Assembly (NCBI GenBank): GCA_963662795.1
Contig: OY759746.1
Coordinates: forward strand, 512,001 to 576,000
Source of the DNA: Spirochaetia bacterium
Lineage (GTDB): Bacteria > Spirochaetota > Spirochaetia > CADAEX01
Direction of reading: 5' to 3'
DNA length: 64,000 nt
Position numbers and translations under genes: made by a program. The stretch's first letter is position 1, and each line of letters begins with the position of its first letter. Below, piece by piece: positions 38,684 through 48,375 of the stretch. The notes below the pieces were generated by a model, which searched no databases, was not told the DNA's origin, and saw only the letters and a list, made by a program, of their open reading frames with translations.

Positions 38684-39928
38684 TCAGGCCATTTTTACTT
38701 TTTTGTCATTATAGACTTTAAGATCAAGCTCTTTCATAAGGGCGGCAACTGTTACCATTCCGACAGTATCTCCCGTAACATTGAGCATTGTGTTAGGCAT
38801 ATCAATCAGGTAATAGATACCCGCGATCCAGGGAACGATATCAAGCGGAAGCCCCATAACCTGAAGCAGTACTGCGGACATTATTATACCGCCGCCCGGA
38901 ACACCTGCAACACCTGCTGCCATTATTATACCGAGCGCGATTATTACGAGCAGGCTTGTAAATGGAAGATCGATACCGTAAATCTGGGCAGCGAAAACCG
39001 CGTAGATAGGCATTTCAGCAGCGCACGCATGCATGTTTATCGTAGCGGCCGGAGGCGCGATAAGGTTAACCATATCCTTGGGAACTCCGCCCCTCTCTTT
39101 TGTAACCTTCATTGTAAGGGGAAGGGTTGCGCTTGATGAGCATGTTGAGAACGCCAGAAGCATGGCCGGATATATATTCCTGAAATGCTGGAAGACAGGA
39201 ACTTTTGCTACAAATTTAAGTATCAACGGATATGCAATCAGAATTACAGTCGCATAAGCCGCGTACTGGGTCACAAGCATCTTCCCGAGTCCGTAAAGAA
39301 CTGTTGAGCCGAGAGTACCTGTAATGTTGGCAACGAGGGCAAATACACCGTAAGGCGCGAGGCTTATTACCCACCCTACAATTCTTGTAAAGAAGTCATT
39401 AAGAGCGTCAAAGATATTGAAAATCAGCGTACCTTTTTCGGTTTCCTTGAATGCGGCAAGGATAAGACCGGCAATAATAGCGAAAACTATAATCTGAAGG
39501 ATATTCCCTTCTGCAAAAGCCGCAAAAGGATTATTCGGGACCCATTTGACAAGTGAATCGAGCAGGTTTACATCAACAACAGGGATCTCTTTTGCTCCCA
39601 GATTGATGCCGACTCCCGGTTTGATTATATATGCCCAAACAAGACCCATGGAAGCTGCAAGAGTGGAAGCAACTGCCCAGTACACAAGGAAGTATCCTCC
39701 TACCTTTTTAAGGCGCGACATATCCGCCACCTGTGAAATACCCGAAATAATACTTACAAAAATGAGCGGATATATACACATTTTCAAAAGACGGATAAAT
39801 ACATCACCGACAAACTGGATGTACGAAGCTTTTTCCCCGATAATAAAACCGAGTATAGCACCGAGAATCATCGCGATCAGAATTTTGAGAGGAAGCCCTA
39901 ATTTTTTTCTTCCTGTTTTTTCTGACAT
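38684..39928 (-). CDS. Dicarboxylate/amino acid:cation symporter (DAACS/GltP family)
   Basis: 'FIRLLKM', 'AFSTCSSSATLP', 'ATINM', 'AGVPGGG', 'NVTGD'. Confidence 0.93.
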   Translation of the reverse strand: MSEKTGRKKLGLPLKILIAMILGAILGFIIGEKASYIQFVGDVFIRLLKMCIYPLIFVSIISGISQVADMSRLKKVGGYFLVYWAVASTLAASMGLVWAYIIKPGVGINLGAKEIPVVDVNLLDSLVKWVPNNPFAAFAEGNILQIIVFAIIAGLILAAFKETEKGTLIFNIFDALNDFFTRIVGWVISLAPYGVFALVANITGTLGSTVLYGLGKMLVTQYAAYATVILIAYPLILKFVAKVPVFQHFRNIYPAMLLAFSTCSSSATLPLTMKVTKERGGVPKDMVNLIAPPAATINMHACAAEMPIYAVFAAQIYGIDLPFTSLLVIIALGIIMAAGVAGVPGGGIIMSAVLLQVMGLPLDIVPWIAGIYYLIDMPNTMLNVTGDTVGMVTVAALMKELDLKVYNDKKVKMA

Positions 39929-39938
39929 TCTTTTCCTC

Positions 39939-39993
39939 CTGTTAAGTATTTATTTAACAGATTAATTGTAAACCCCATATACTCAGTCGTCAA
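39939..39993 (-). promoter_or_regulatory. Sigma70 promoter and downstream palindrome of the DAACS operon
   Basis: Minus strand TTGACG (39993-39988)-17 nt-TACAAT (39970-39965); CTGTTAA-8 nt-TTAACAG at 39939-39960. Confidence 0.65.
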
Positions 39994-40079
39994 TAAATGT
40001 TTATACAAAAGAGGAGGAGGGGGTAATCAGACATGAATTGAGAATATAATTCTTTTTACGGTACACCTGGAAACAGGCT

Positions 40080-40646
40080 TCAGGATTTAATTTTTTCAGC
40101 TCCGGCTTTCTTCATTTCGCTTAGTGCGGCAGCCCCGTCGCCGGGTTTTACCTCAACGGCGCTCACTCCGTCAATGAGCAGCTTTACAGTGTATCCGTTT
40201 TTAAGGGCATCGAGAACTGTACTTTTAACACAGTAATCAGTTGCAAGCCCGCAGACTGTAAGTTCCTTTACACCCTTTTTTTTAAGTACCTCATCAAGCA
40301 TTTCGCCGTCAGGGGAGGACCCCTCAAACCCGGAATAGGCATCCTTTCCGGCAGAAGCTGCTTTGGAAATTATGAGGGCATCTTCCGGTATATCAAGTTC
40401 CGGATGAAAATCCGCGCCCTCAGTTCCCGCGACACAGTGAGCAGGCCATATACCTCCCTGCTGTTTAAAGGAGCAGTGGTCAGGAGTATGCCAGTCTCTT
40501 GTAAAAACAATCAGGTGCCTGCCCGCGGAGAAATATTTTATATAATTATTTATAACAGGAACAATTTCATTGCCTCCCTTTACAGCGAGTGATCCGCCGG
40601 GACAGAAATCATTCTGCATATCAACTATTACGAGAGCTTTCTTCAT
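40080..40646 (-). CDS. pncA: Nicotinamidase
   Basis: 'VDMQNDF', 'DWH...H', 'WPAHC', 'GLATDYCV'; start moved to MKKALV after GGAGG. Confidence 0.92.
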   Translation of the reverse strand: MKKALVIVDMQNDFCPGGSLAVKGGNEIVPVINNYIKYFSAGRHLIVFTRDWHTPDHCSFKQQGGIWPAHCVAGTEGADFHPELDIPEDALIISKAASAGKDAYSGFEGSSPDGEMLDEVLKKKGVKELTVCGLATDYCVKSTVLDALKNGYTVKLLIDGVSAVEVKPGDGAAALSEMKKAGAEKIKS

Positions 40647-40692
40647 ATCAGCCTCCAGTTTTGCCCTTAACAGGGATTCCATTATATATCTG

Positions 40693-41946
40693 TTAATAAT
40701 TCACCTTCCTCAGCCTGCTGTTGGGATTGTATGACCGCCCTTTTTTGGCGCATGGTTTTCCGTTAACCATTACAACATCAGCAGTAAAATCATTTTTACC
40801 CTGTAAAAGATAACTCCCGATTCCGTAAGCATCAACAGGAACTTTTTTATCCGCGAATTCCTTTATCTTTTCCGGGGTGAATCCGCCTGATACAATAATC
40901 TTTATATTGTTAAAACCTTCGCTGTCAAGTTTTTCCCTTGTTCTGAGGACAAGCTCAGGGATCACTCCGGTGGGTTTAAAATTACCCATCAGCTCAAATA
41001 CAGATTTATCAACCATCCTCTCAGAAGTATCCAGCCTCACTCCCCACAGTTTTTCACCGAGTGCCCTTGCGCAGTCAAGCGAAGTGTTTACGCAGTCGTT
41101 TTCAAAATCAACAAGAGCAACGAGATTGGTCTCGGGATAGGATTCGCCGAAGACTTCAGCCGCTTTTACCGTGTCTCCTCCGAGAGCCGCGATCATCGCG
41201 TGCGGGACAGTTCCCGACGCTTTGGCGCCCCACCATTCACCCTGGGCAAGGGTTGAAACACCTGAAGCTCCGCCGATATAGGCGGCATATCCGTCGCCCC
41301 CCTGTACTTCCCAGTGGTCAAAACGGGCGGGGAAATAAAGGACAGGAACACCGGCGGCGGCCTGGACAACCCTTCTTACATTTGTGGCTACCTTTGTCCT
41401 TCTGGCAAGGATCCCGAGATATATTGTCTCAAGATGGGCAAAGGAGGCTATCTTCCCTTTTATATGCATTACACTTTCCCATGGCAAGATGTTTTCCCCG
41501 TCTTTCAGGGTAAGAATCTCAAGCAGGGGAAACTCGTCAATCCACAGGGAATCAAGCTCTTCCCCTATTTCCATCCGTTCAGATAAAACTGATAGATATT
41601 CTTTTCTGTCTTCCTGAAAATATTTCCGCGAGTCCTTTTTAAGATCAATATACCTGTCAAAAAGTTTGTATGCCTTTTTATAGTCTGAATATCTGCCGCT
41701 GGCAAGTTTAAGAACAGCCAGGCACTCATCAATTCCGCAGATTACGCCGCTGTTCTTCTGAAACACCTGCATTATGATTTCAGGATCTATGCCGTGCTCT
41801 TCAAGAGCCCTCTTCTCCCGCCAGAAATAAATATCGCTTCTGTAGCCCCGTCTTAATTCCTGCACAGGAAGATCAAATACATGGCTCTGAAGCCTTTCAT
41901 GGTTTGAAACATCAGAATTATCTGAAAAATATGCAGCATTCATCAT
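40693..41946 (-). CDS. pncB: Nicotinate phosphoribosyltransferase-like (type II PRTase)
   Basis: 'GYRSDIYF', 'ETIYLGIL', 'GTVPHA', 'GVRLDTS', 'SGGF'; adjacent to pncA. Confidence 0.78.
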   Translation of the reverse strand: MMNAAYFSDNSDVSNHERLQSHVFDLPVQELRRGYRSDIYFWREKRALEEHGIDPEIIMQVFQKNSGVICGIDECLAVLKLASGRYSDYKKAYKLFDRYIDLKKDSRKYFQEDRKEYLSVLSERMEIGEELDSLWIDEFPLLEILTLKDGENILPWESVMHIKGKIASFAHLETIYLGILARRTKVATNVRRVVQAAAGVPVLYFPARFDHWEVQGGDGYAAYIGGASGVSTLAQGEWWGAKASGTVPHAMIAALGGDTVKAAEVFGESYPETNLVALVDFENDCVNTSLDCARALGEKLWGVRLDTSERMVDKSVFELMGNFKPTGVIPELVLRTREKLDSEGFNNIKIIVSGGFTPEKIKEFADKKVPVDAYGIGSYLLQGKNDFTADVVMVNGKPCAKKGRSYNPNSRLRKVNY

Positions 41947-42110
41947 TTTTTTCCTTATATCCGCATTTATATGTAATTATAATACATTAAATTTCAGCAG
42001 TTTCAAAGCCGGTGATTATAAAAAAACCGGAAACACCATGGCGGTATTTCCGGCTCCTTTATTACAGCTGCCCGATCCGGGGCAGGGCTGTTAAATTGGC
42101 AGGTCCTTTA

Positions 42111-43742
42111 TTATTTTCCCGCTATGATAAGAGCGACATCCCTGTCGGCAGTATCAGTTGCTTTTATATCAAAATTGTCAATAAGCACTTTAAGCACATT
42201 CGGGGATGCGAATGCGGGAAGCGTCGGCCCCAGCCTTATCCCCTTGACTCCAAGGGCAAGAAGTGCAAGAAGAACCGCAACAGCTTTCTGCTCATACCAT
42301 GCTATATCAAAGGAGATGGGGAGCTTGTTTATATCATCAAGTCCGAATACCTCTTTAAGCTTTAAAGCAATTACCGCGAGAGAATAAGAATCGTTGCACT
42401 GGCCTGCATCAAGCACTCTTGGTATTCCGCCGATATCGCCGAGGTCAAGCTTGTTGTACCTGTATTTTGCGCATCCTGCTGTAAGAATTACAGTATCTTT
42501 CGGAAGCTCTTCAGCGACTTCCGTAAAATAGTTTCTGGTTTTATGTCTTCCGTCGCAGCCGCCCATTACGACAAATCTTTTTATCGCGCCGGATTTTACA
42601 GCGTCAACAACCTTGTCAGCAAGAGCCATAACCTGAGCGTGGGCAAATCCGCCGATAATGCTGCCTGTCTCAATTTCATCCGGCGGAGCGCACTTTTTCG
42701 CAAGGGCAATAATTTTCGAGAAATCCTTCTTTCCTCCCTCAGGCCTGTCCGCAATATGAGGTGCTCCCGGATATCCTGCCTGACCCGTAGTGAAGAACCT
42801 GTCCTTATAGGCATCCTTTACCGGGGTTATGCAGTTGGTTGTCATAAGGATAGGGCCGTTAAAGGAAGCAAATTCCTTATCCTGTTTCCACCACGAATTT
42901 CCGTAGTTACCTGCGAGATGACTGTATTTCTTGAAAGCCGGATAATAGTTTGCGGGAAGCATCTCGCTGTGTGTATAGACATCAACGCCTGTCCCTTCTG
43001 TCTGTTTAAGAAGTTCCTCCATATCCTTAAGATCATGTCCTGATATCAGTATACCGGGATTTTTGCCTGTTCCGATGCTGACTTTTGTCATCTCGGGGCT
43101 TCCGTAGGTTTCTGTATTTGCTTTATCGAGAAGCGCCATTGTAGTTACAATAACGTTTCCCTCTTCCATTACCAATGCGACCATTTCATCGACAGAAAGA
43201 TCCTTCTGGGTTGAGGCAAGCCCCTTTATAAACATTTTATAAATTGCAATGTCTTCATATCCGAGAACAAAAGCATGCTCTACATAGGCAGCCATCCCTT
43301 TCATTCCGTATATTAAAAGCTCTCTCAGCGATCTTACATCCTCATTCTCTGTCGATAGAACTCCGACTTCGCTCCCTTTCTTTATCATCGCATCAATCCC
43401 TGAAACCGCGAATGCAACAGAATCAGGTGAAGCGCCTTTATAATCAAACCTCTTTTTAAAGGCTTCCCTCATTTTGAGAGATTCCTCAATCATCGCAACA
43501 AACTTTTTTTCATCAAAGTTCGCGTTTGTTATTGTCATGAAAAGGCCTTTCGCAATCAGCCTGCCTGCCTCGAGAACAGTTTTCTCTTCCATGCGGCTTT
43601 CAACAATCAGCGATATCCCCTTAAAGGTATGGACCAAAAGATCCTGAAGAGTCGCGGTCCTGTCATCCTTACCGCATACCCCCTTTACTTTACAGCCTGC
43701 GTTTCCGGCTGTTTCCTGACACTGGTAACAAAACATACTCAT
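42111..43742 (-). CDS. hcp: Hybrid cluster protein (hydroxylamine reductase)
   Basis: 'MFCYQCQET...GC..KGVCGK', 'SGHDL', 'THSEM', 'GGCDG', 'GQCNDSY', 'WYEQK'. Confidence 0.97.
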   Translation of the reverse strand: MSMFCYQCQETAGNAGCKVKGVCGKDDRTATLQDLLVHTFKGISLIVESRMEEKTVLEAGRLIAKGLFMTITNANFDEKKFVAMIEESLKMREAFKKRFDYKGASPDSVAFAVSGIDAMIKKGSEVGVLSTENEDVRSLRELLIYGMKGMAAYVEHAFVLGYEDIAIYKMFIKGLASTQKDLSVDEMVALVMEEGNVIVTTMALLDKANTETYGSPEMTKVSIGTGKNPGILISGHDLKDMEELLKQTEGTGVDVYTHSEMLPANYYPAFKKYSHLAGNYGNSWWKQDKEFASFNGPILMTTNCITPVKDAYKDRFFTTGQAGYPGAPHIADRPEGGKKDFSKIIALAKKCAPPDEIETGSIIGGFAHAQVMALADKVVDAVKSGAIKRFVVMGGCDGRHKTRNYFTEVAEELPKDTVILTAGCAKYRYNKLDLGDIGGIPRVLDAGQCNDSYSLAVIALKLKEVFGLDDINKLPISFDIAWYEQKAVAVLLALLALGVKGIRLGPTLPAFASPNVLKVLIDNFDIKATDTADRDVALIIAGK

Positions 43743-43814
43743 AATAATATTTCTCCTTAAACTGGATTATTTATCTGATCCAATTGCAGATTAACTAAGT
43801 ATAGTTTATCCAGC

Positions 43815-43830
43815 TGTAACAATTGTTACA
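43815..43830. promoter_or_regulatory. HcpR (Crp/Fnr family) type operator upstream of hcp
   Basis: Perfect 16-bp palindrome TGTAACAATTGTTACA, about 73 nt upstream of the hcp start. Confidence 0.72.
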
Positions 43831-43925
43831 AAATTGCATATTTTCTTTATATTGCGCATAAGCTTTAATTGAATTATCCTTAAATATTGAAAAAATCACG
43901 AATTTATAATGAAGGATGAATAGAA

Positions 43926-44615
43926 ATGGAAGAAAAAAACAAAAAAAACCCGGAAATCGGATCATATATTGATCACACTCTCCTCAAACCGGATGCTACT
44001 AAAGAACAGGTAAACAAACTATGCATGGAAGCGCTTGAATATAGTTTCTGCTCCGTATGCGTCAACTCTTCCCGTGTACCGCTTGCCGCGGGACTGCTGA
44101 AGGGGAGCCCTGTAAAGGTGTGCGCCGTAGTGGGATTTCCGCTCGGAGCAATGGAAAGCTCAGCGAAAGGATTTGAAGCGGCGGCGGCAATCGCAGCCGG
44201 GGCTTCCGAGATAGACATGGTGATAAATATCGGCGCACTTAAGGAAGGAGACCATGATTTTGTTGAAAATGATATTAAAACTGTCAGAAAGTCCTGCGGG
44301 AAAGGGATAATCCTTAAAACCATAATTGAGACGTGCCTCCTTACTGACGAAGAAAAGAAGGCTGCATGCAGGATTGCGTTAAAGGCAGGGGCAGATTTTG
44401 TGAAAACATCCACCGGTTTTTCAACAGGAGGGGCCACAGAAGATGACGTAAGGCTGATGAAAAACGAGGTCGGGGATAAGGCAAAGGTAAAGGCATCGGG
44501 CGGTGTGCGAAGCTATGAGGATGCGGTAAAAATGATTAAGGCAGGCGCATCAAGGCTCGGCACCAGCTCAGGTATTGCCATTATTACAGGGGCAAAAGGA
44601 AAGGACAGCTATTGA
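43926..44615 (+). CDS. deoC: Deoxyribose-phosphate aldolase
   Basis: 'IDHTLLKP', 'GFPLG', 'EIDMVIN', 'FVKTSTGF', 'VKASGGVR', 'RLGTSS'. Confidence 0.97.
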   Translation: MEEKNKKNPEIGSYIDHTLLKPDATKEQVNKLCMEALEYSFCSVCVNSSRVPLAAGLLKGSPVKVCAVVGFPLGAMESSAKGFEAAAAIAAGASEIDMVINIGALKEGDHDFVENDIKTVRKSCGKGIILKTIIETCLLTDEEKKAACRIALKAGADFVKTSTGFSTGGATEDDVRLMKNEVGDKAKVKASGGVRSYEDAVKMIKAGASRLGTSSGIAIITGAKGKDSY

Positions 44616-44645
44616 CTGCTGCCTGGATAAGCGTATAATCCTGCG

Positions 44646-45038
44646 CTATTCAGTTGGTATGCTGAAATTATCAGGCGAGAATTTATCCCCTCCAAGCCAG
44701 AGGTCAATTTTTATTCCGCTTTCCGGTCTTTTACTGTCAACCCTGTTTACATCCGCATGCTTGACCTGCCAGCTTATCAGGTCAAGCCGGGCATGGCCTA
44801 TCAGTTCCTGCCCTGCCATTGTACCGTAATAGCCGGCAAGCTCAGGCCTTTTCGCGCTGTTAAGGGAATCGCGGATCTTCTCAATCTCCTCGTCATTCCG
44901 GGCTGTGTCATCCATTATGCACAGATGGATCCCGTCCTCTTCCTGGTGAAGTGATATAACCATCCTTCCGGGATTTGTATCAAGAATAAAATGAGATATC
45001 TCACCTATCAGGTGAAGCAGAAATTCCTTTTTTTTCAC
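44646..45038 (-). CDS. Hypothetical protein coupled to the DUF1576 gene
   Basis: GTG start with GGAGG RBS; 130 aa; 'RPELAGYYGTMAG'. Confidence 0.7.
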   Translation of the reverse strand: MKKKEFLLHLIGEISHFILDTNPGRMVISLHQEEDGIHLCIMDDTARNDEEIEKIRDSLNSAKRPELAGYYGTMAGQELIGHARLDLISWQVKHADVNRVDSKRPESGIKIDLWLGGDKFSPDNFSIPTE

Positions 45039-45066
45039 AGGTAATCCTCCGGTTTACAAGCAGCAG

Positions 45067-46323
45067 TCATCTGCGGATTTTTTCAATATTTGATCTATAC
45101 CATTCAATAACGGCAATTATAAGTGTCGCGGTAAGCCCTCCTGCAAATCCATTGTTATAAAGGTCCATTCCGCTGTGCCAGGCCCCTGTGCGTTCAACCA
45201 TTACAAGATGTAAAAAACCGGCGGTGATTCCGGCAGCCCAGCCGAATTCCCCTGCGATCGGGGCCAGGGTTGTACAAAACAGGGCTGCAAGTACAGGTCC
45301 GGGGTCTGCCGGGTTCTTTCCGAAAACAAGACAGGCGATAAATACGCCGGCAATCACGGGAAGGGAATTTTTAAGGTGTTTGCCGAAAGCCCCGAACCCG
45401 ATTACCGTCATAAGGCCTCCGATTACAGGACCGCTAAAATCCGCCCCTGTAAGAAAAACATAAAGACACCCTGCCGCACCCAGAAAACCCATATTAACAA
45501 GAGCGCCGGGTTGTGATCCCATTACCATATAATCCGATGGAAGACGCCCTGAAAATGACTGCAGTTTGATAAAAACAGAAAGAGCTTTTTTTCCGTCTTT
45601 TGCAAGTCCCCAGATAATAAGAAGAAGAGACAATAAAGGGATAATAAGTATAAGAACCGCGGAAGGCTGGCTGTTCCAGACCCGGCCGGGTTCAAGTGTA
45701 TACCCTGAAGCTGCAAAAAAAGAAGCTGCAAAAAGAGCAATGAAACCGGAAGTAAGACCTATATTATAAAGATTGTACCCCTGGTGAAGCTGAAGCATTC
45801 TTATGGCAATAGACGGAAGTATTATCCCTGCAGCTATTCCAGCAGCAATACCGGAAACAACCGCGGGAATTCCGGTAAGACCTGTCTCATATATTACAAG
45901 TGTTACCACGGGACCAAGCGCTGTGCCGAATAAAGCTATAATGATGTACTCTTTAAACGATTTTGAAACAATTTTTGCGGATATGCAGACGCCTGCAATA
46001 ATCGGCAGGATATTGACCGGGGTCTTGCCGAAAAATCCGAATCCCATGATGGTAAACACGGCGGCAACCGTCGGCCCGGAAAGTCTTACCATATTGAATC
46101 TTACCAGGAGAAGTCCTATTGTCCCGACTGCCGCTGAATTGAGAAGCGCGGCCCCTGTTCCTCCTGCCAGGGTAAAATCGTTTAAAAGCCGTGCAGGGTG
46201 GCTCTGAAGAAAAAGGAGGCCTTTTACTGCTGATATCAGTCCCTGGTCCAGTACCCCTGCGCATGCAAATCCGGAAATGATTATAATCATCAGTAAATAA
46301 ACAGGTTTTTCGCTTTCGGGCAA
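45067..46323 (-). CDS. DUF1576-family polytopic membrane protein
   Basis: Duplicated 'GP......T..GF..FGK' motif; 'LHQGYNLYNIG' / 'HSGMDLYNNGF'. Confidence 0.85.
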   Translation of the reverse strand: MPESEKPVYLLMIIIISGFACAGVLDQGLISAVKGLLFLQSHPARLLNDFTLAGGTGAALLNSAAVGTIGLLLVRFNMVRLSGPTVAAVFTIMGFGFFGKTPVNILPIIAGVCISAKIVSKSFKEYIIIALFGTALGPVVTLVIYETGLTGIPAVVSGIAAGIAAGIILPSIAIRMLQLHQGYNLYNIGLTSGFIALFAASFFAASGYTLEPGRVWNSQPSAVLILIIPLLSLLLIIWGLAKDGKKALSVFIKLQSFSGRLPSDYMVMGSQPGALVNMGFLGAAGCLYVFLTGADFSGPVIGGLMTVIGFGAFGKHLKNSLPVIAGVFIACLVFGKNPADPGPVLAALFCTTLAPIAGEFGWAAGITAGFLHLVMVERTGAWHSGMDLYNNGFAGGLTATLIIAVIEWYRSNIEKIRR

Positions 46324-46461
46324 ATTAATCCTCCTTAAAGATTGAGAAATAATTTTATAGCCTGATTAATGATTTAACAATGAGAATATTGTTAAAACAG
46401 GGTTAAAAAAATTGTTTACATCCGGAGAGGAGCGGACTATGATTAATACACGGAGGGATTT

Positions 46462-46791
46462 ATGGGAGAAGAAAGAAGAAAATATCCCCGTTTAAATCTG
46501 GATCAGTGTATCCAGCTGTCATTCGGAAAAGAGAAGTTTATTGACGCTGTCGCGGTAAATATCAGCCAGAACGGGATTCTGTGCAGTTCGTCTGTGCCGA
46601 TAGACAATCTTGACATGATGTTTCTGATGATTGACCTTAACATCAATGATGAAATTAAAACAATCAAGTGTGAAGGCATTCCAATGTATCATAAATCCAT
46701 TAACGGAAAAAACATGTTCGGAATACAGTTTATTGAAATGGATGAAACTGATGCCGGCACTCTTAAGCAATACCTGGATTTAAATAAGTAA
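46462..46791 (+). CDS. Stand-alone PilZ-domain protein
   Basis: RxxxR ('ERRKYPR') and 'NISQNG' motifs; 'GIQF'. Confidence 0.88.
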   Translation: MGEERRKYPRLNLDQCIQLSFGKEKFIDAVAVNISQNGILCSSSVPIDNLDMMFLMIDLNINDEIKTIKCEGIPMYHKSINGKNMFGIQFIEMDETDAGTLKQYLDLNK

Positions 46792-46863
46792 TTGCTTATT
46801 ATAATTAAATGAGAACATACAGGTAAATCGGTTATTTTTACTGTCCGCTGAATTTAAAAATAT

Positions 46864-46975
46864 TTGACAACTTAAGAATGCAGGAATAAGATAAAAATAT
46901 AATAATAAGGCTGAGACATCTGAGAGCCGGGAAAAATGGGATTTACGCAGCACCTCTTTTTCCGGCTTTTTTATT
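46864..46975 (+). promoter_or_regulatory. Promoter plus leader terminator (attenuator) of the ABC operon
   Basis: TTGACA-17 nt-TAAGAT, then an AGCCGGGAAAA/TTTTTCCGGCT stem with T-run about 140 nt before the start codon. Confidence 0.65.
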
Positions 46976-47114
46976 TGTTTTTTTAAGGGTTAAGTTATGG
47001 CTGCCCTGACTTAACGGGCAGCCGGCTTATAAAGCCATGATCCGGCGTCAGGCAGTAATTTTCAGGCATCGGATTATGAAATCAGTTTTTTTACATATAT
47101 CAAAGGAGGATATT

Positions 47115-48296
47115 ATGAAAAAGTTGCTGATGATTATTCTTTGTCTTGCAGTTGTATCATCAATGTTGGTTTTTGCGGGCGGAGGAAAAGAAAAAAGCGG
47201 AGCAGAAGACACCGCATGGCTCAAGGAAGCCAGGATAGGCAAATATGCCGAAAGCACCTTTGATGAAAAGGCCCTTTATGAGGCCGCCAAGCTCGAAGGA
47301 TCCATAAATATCTATTCCTATTCATCAAGGGTACATAAATTCGGTGAAACATTTGAAAAAAAATACCCGGGAATAAAAGTAAACGGGTTCGACATGGACT
47401 CAGGGGAGATTGTCACAAAGATAAGCGCAGAACAGACTGCCCAGAACTATGTAGCAGATGTTATTTTTTTAAAAGATGTCGCCGTAGCATACAACGTTCT
47501 TGTAGCCAAAGGTCTTGCGCATAACTACGTACCGGCAGACCTAAAAAAGGTTATTCCCAAAGATTATCAGGAGCCGATGCTGGTTCACCATACAAGCATA
47601 CAGGGATTTGTATATAACACAGCAAAAAATTCAAATGAACCGTTTAATTCGCTTTGGGACCTTACAAAACCTGAATGGAAAGGCAAGGTTATCATGCCTG
47701 ACCCGCAGAAGCTTTCGGAATTTGTTGAAATATATACAGGTATAGTTGAAAACGCTGACGCGCTGGCAAAGGAATATGAAAAAGTTTTTAAGGAAAAGAT
47801 AAAATTAAGCCCCGGCATCAGCAACGCCGGATATGAGTGGCTTTACAGAATTCTTAAAAACGACGCAATTATTGTAGGGTCAACCAACGATGTTGTTAAG
47901 GCCGTAGGGCTCTCCCAGCAGGACAAACCACCTGTAGGGCTTACAGCATATTCAAGGGTACGCGACGCGGAAAAAGATCCCAACCTTAAATTCGCTTTTA
48001 CAGAAAAGACAACCCCGGTATCAGGGTTTTCCCTTAATGTTGTTGAGCTTGTTATTAATAAGGCACCCCATCCTAACGCTGCAAAACTCATGCTCCGCTA
48101 CATGCTTGGGGATGAGAAAGGGGGAGAAGGTTATACGCCCTATTATGTAGCGGGTAATTTTTCCGTCAGAACAGATGTTCCCCCGATTGAGGGGCTGAAA
48201 CCAATTACTGAGATGAAAGTATGGTCAGCATCACCTGAATTTGTATGGAACGAAGGTCAGCAGGTACTTGATTTCTGGACAGCCAATCTCAAATAA
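47115..48296 (+). CDS. ABC transporter substrate-binding protein (AfuA/FbpA-like cluster)
   Basis: Signal 'VFAGGGKE', 'WDLTKPEWKGK', 'APHPNAAKL'; start moved to ATG 47115 after AGGAGG. Confidence 0.85.
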   Translation: MKKLLMIILCLAVVSSMLVFAGGGKEKSGAEDTAWLKEARIGKYAESTFDEKALYEAAKLEGSINIYSYSSRVHKFGETFEKKYPGIKVNGFDMDSGEIVTKISAEQTAQNYVADVIFLKDVAVAYNVLVAKGLAHNYVPADLKKVIPKDYQEPMLVHHTSIQGFVYNTAKNSNEPFNSLWDLTKPEWKGKVIMPDPQKLSEFVEIYTGIVENADALAKEYEKVFKEKIKLSPGISNAGYEWLYRILKNDAIIVGSTNDVVKAVGLSQQDKPPVGLTAYSRVRDAEKDPNLKFAFTEKTTPVSGFSLNVVELVINKAPHPNAAKLMLRYMLGDEKGGEGYTPYYVAGNFSVRTDVPPIEGLKPITEMKVWSASPEFVWNEGQQVLDFWTANLK

Positions 48297-48375
48297 GTAT
48301 TTCAGTTTTTAATCTTATAAACATGCCGCCGGATGGAAATCCGTCGGCAGTATAAATACAAGGAGCAGGTCCGGA

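Noticed and set aside
46905-46975. TPP riboswitch or T-box (CTGAGA occurs twice)
   Set aside because: The downstream TPP core (ACCTGA...GCGTAGGGA-like) and the T-box UGGNACC bulge are absent
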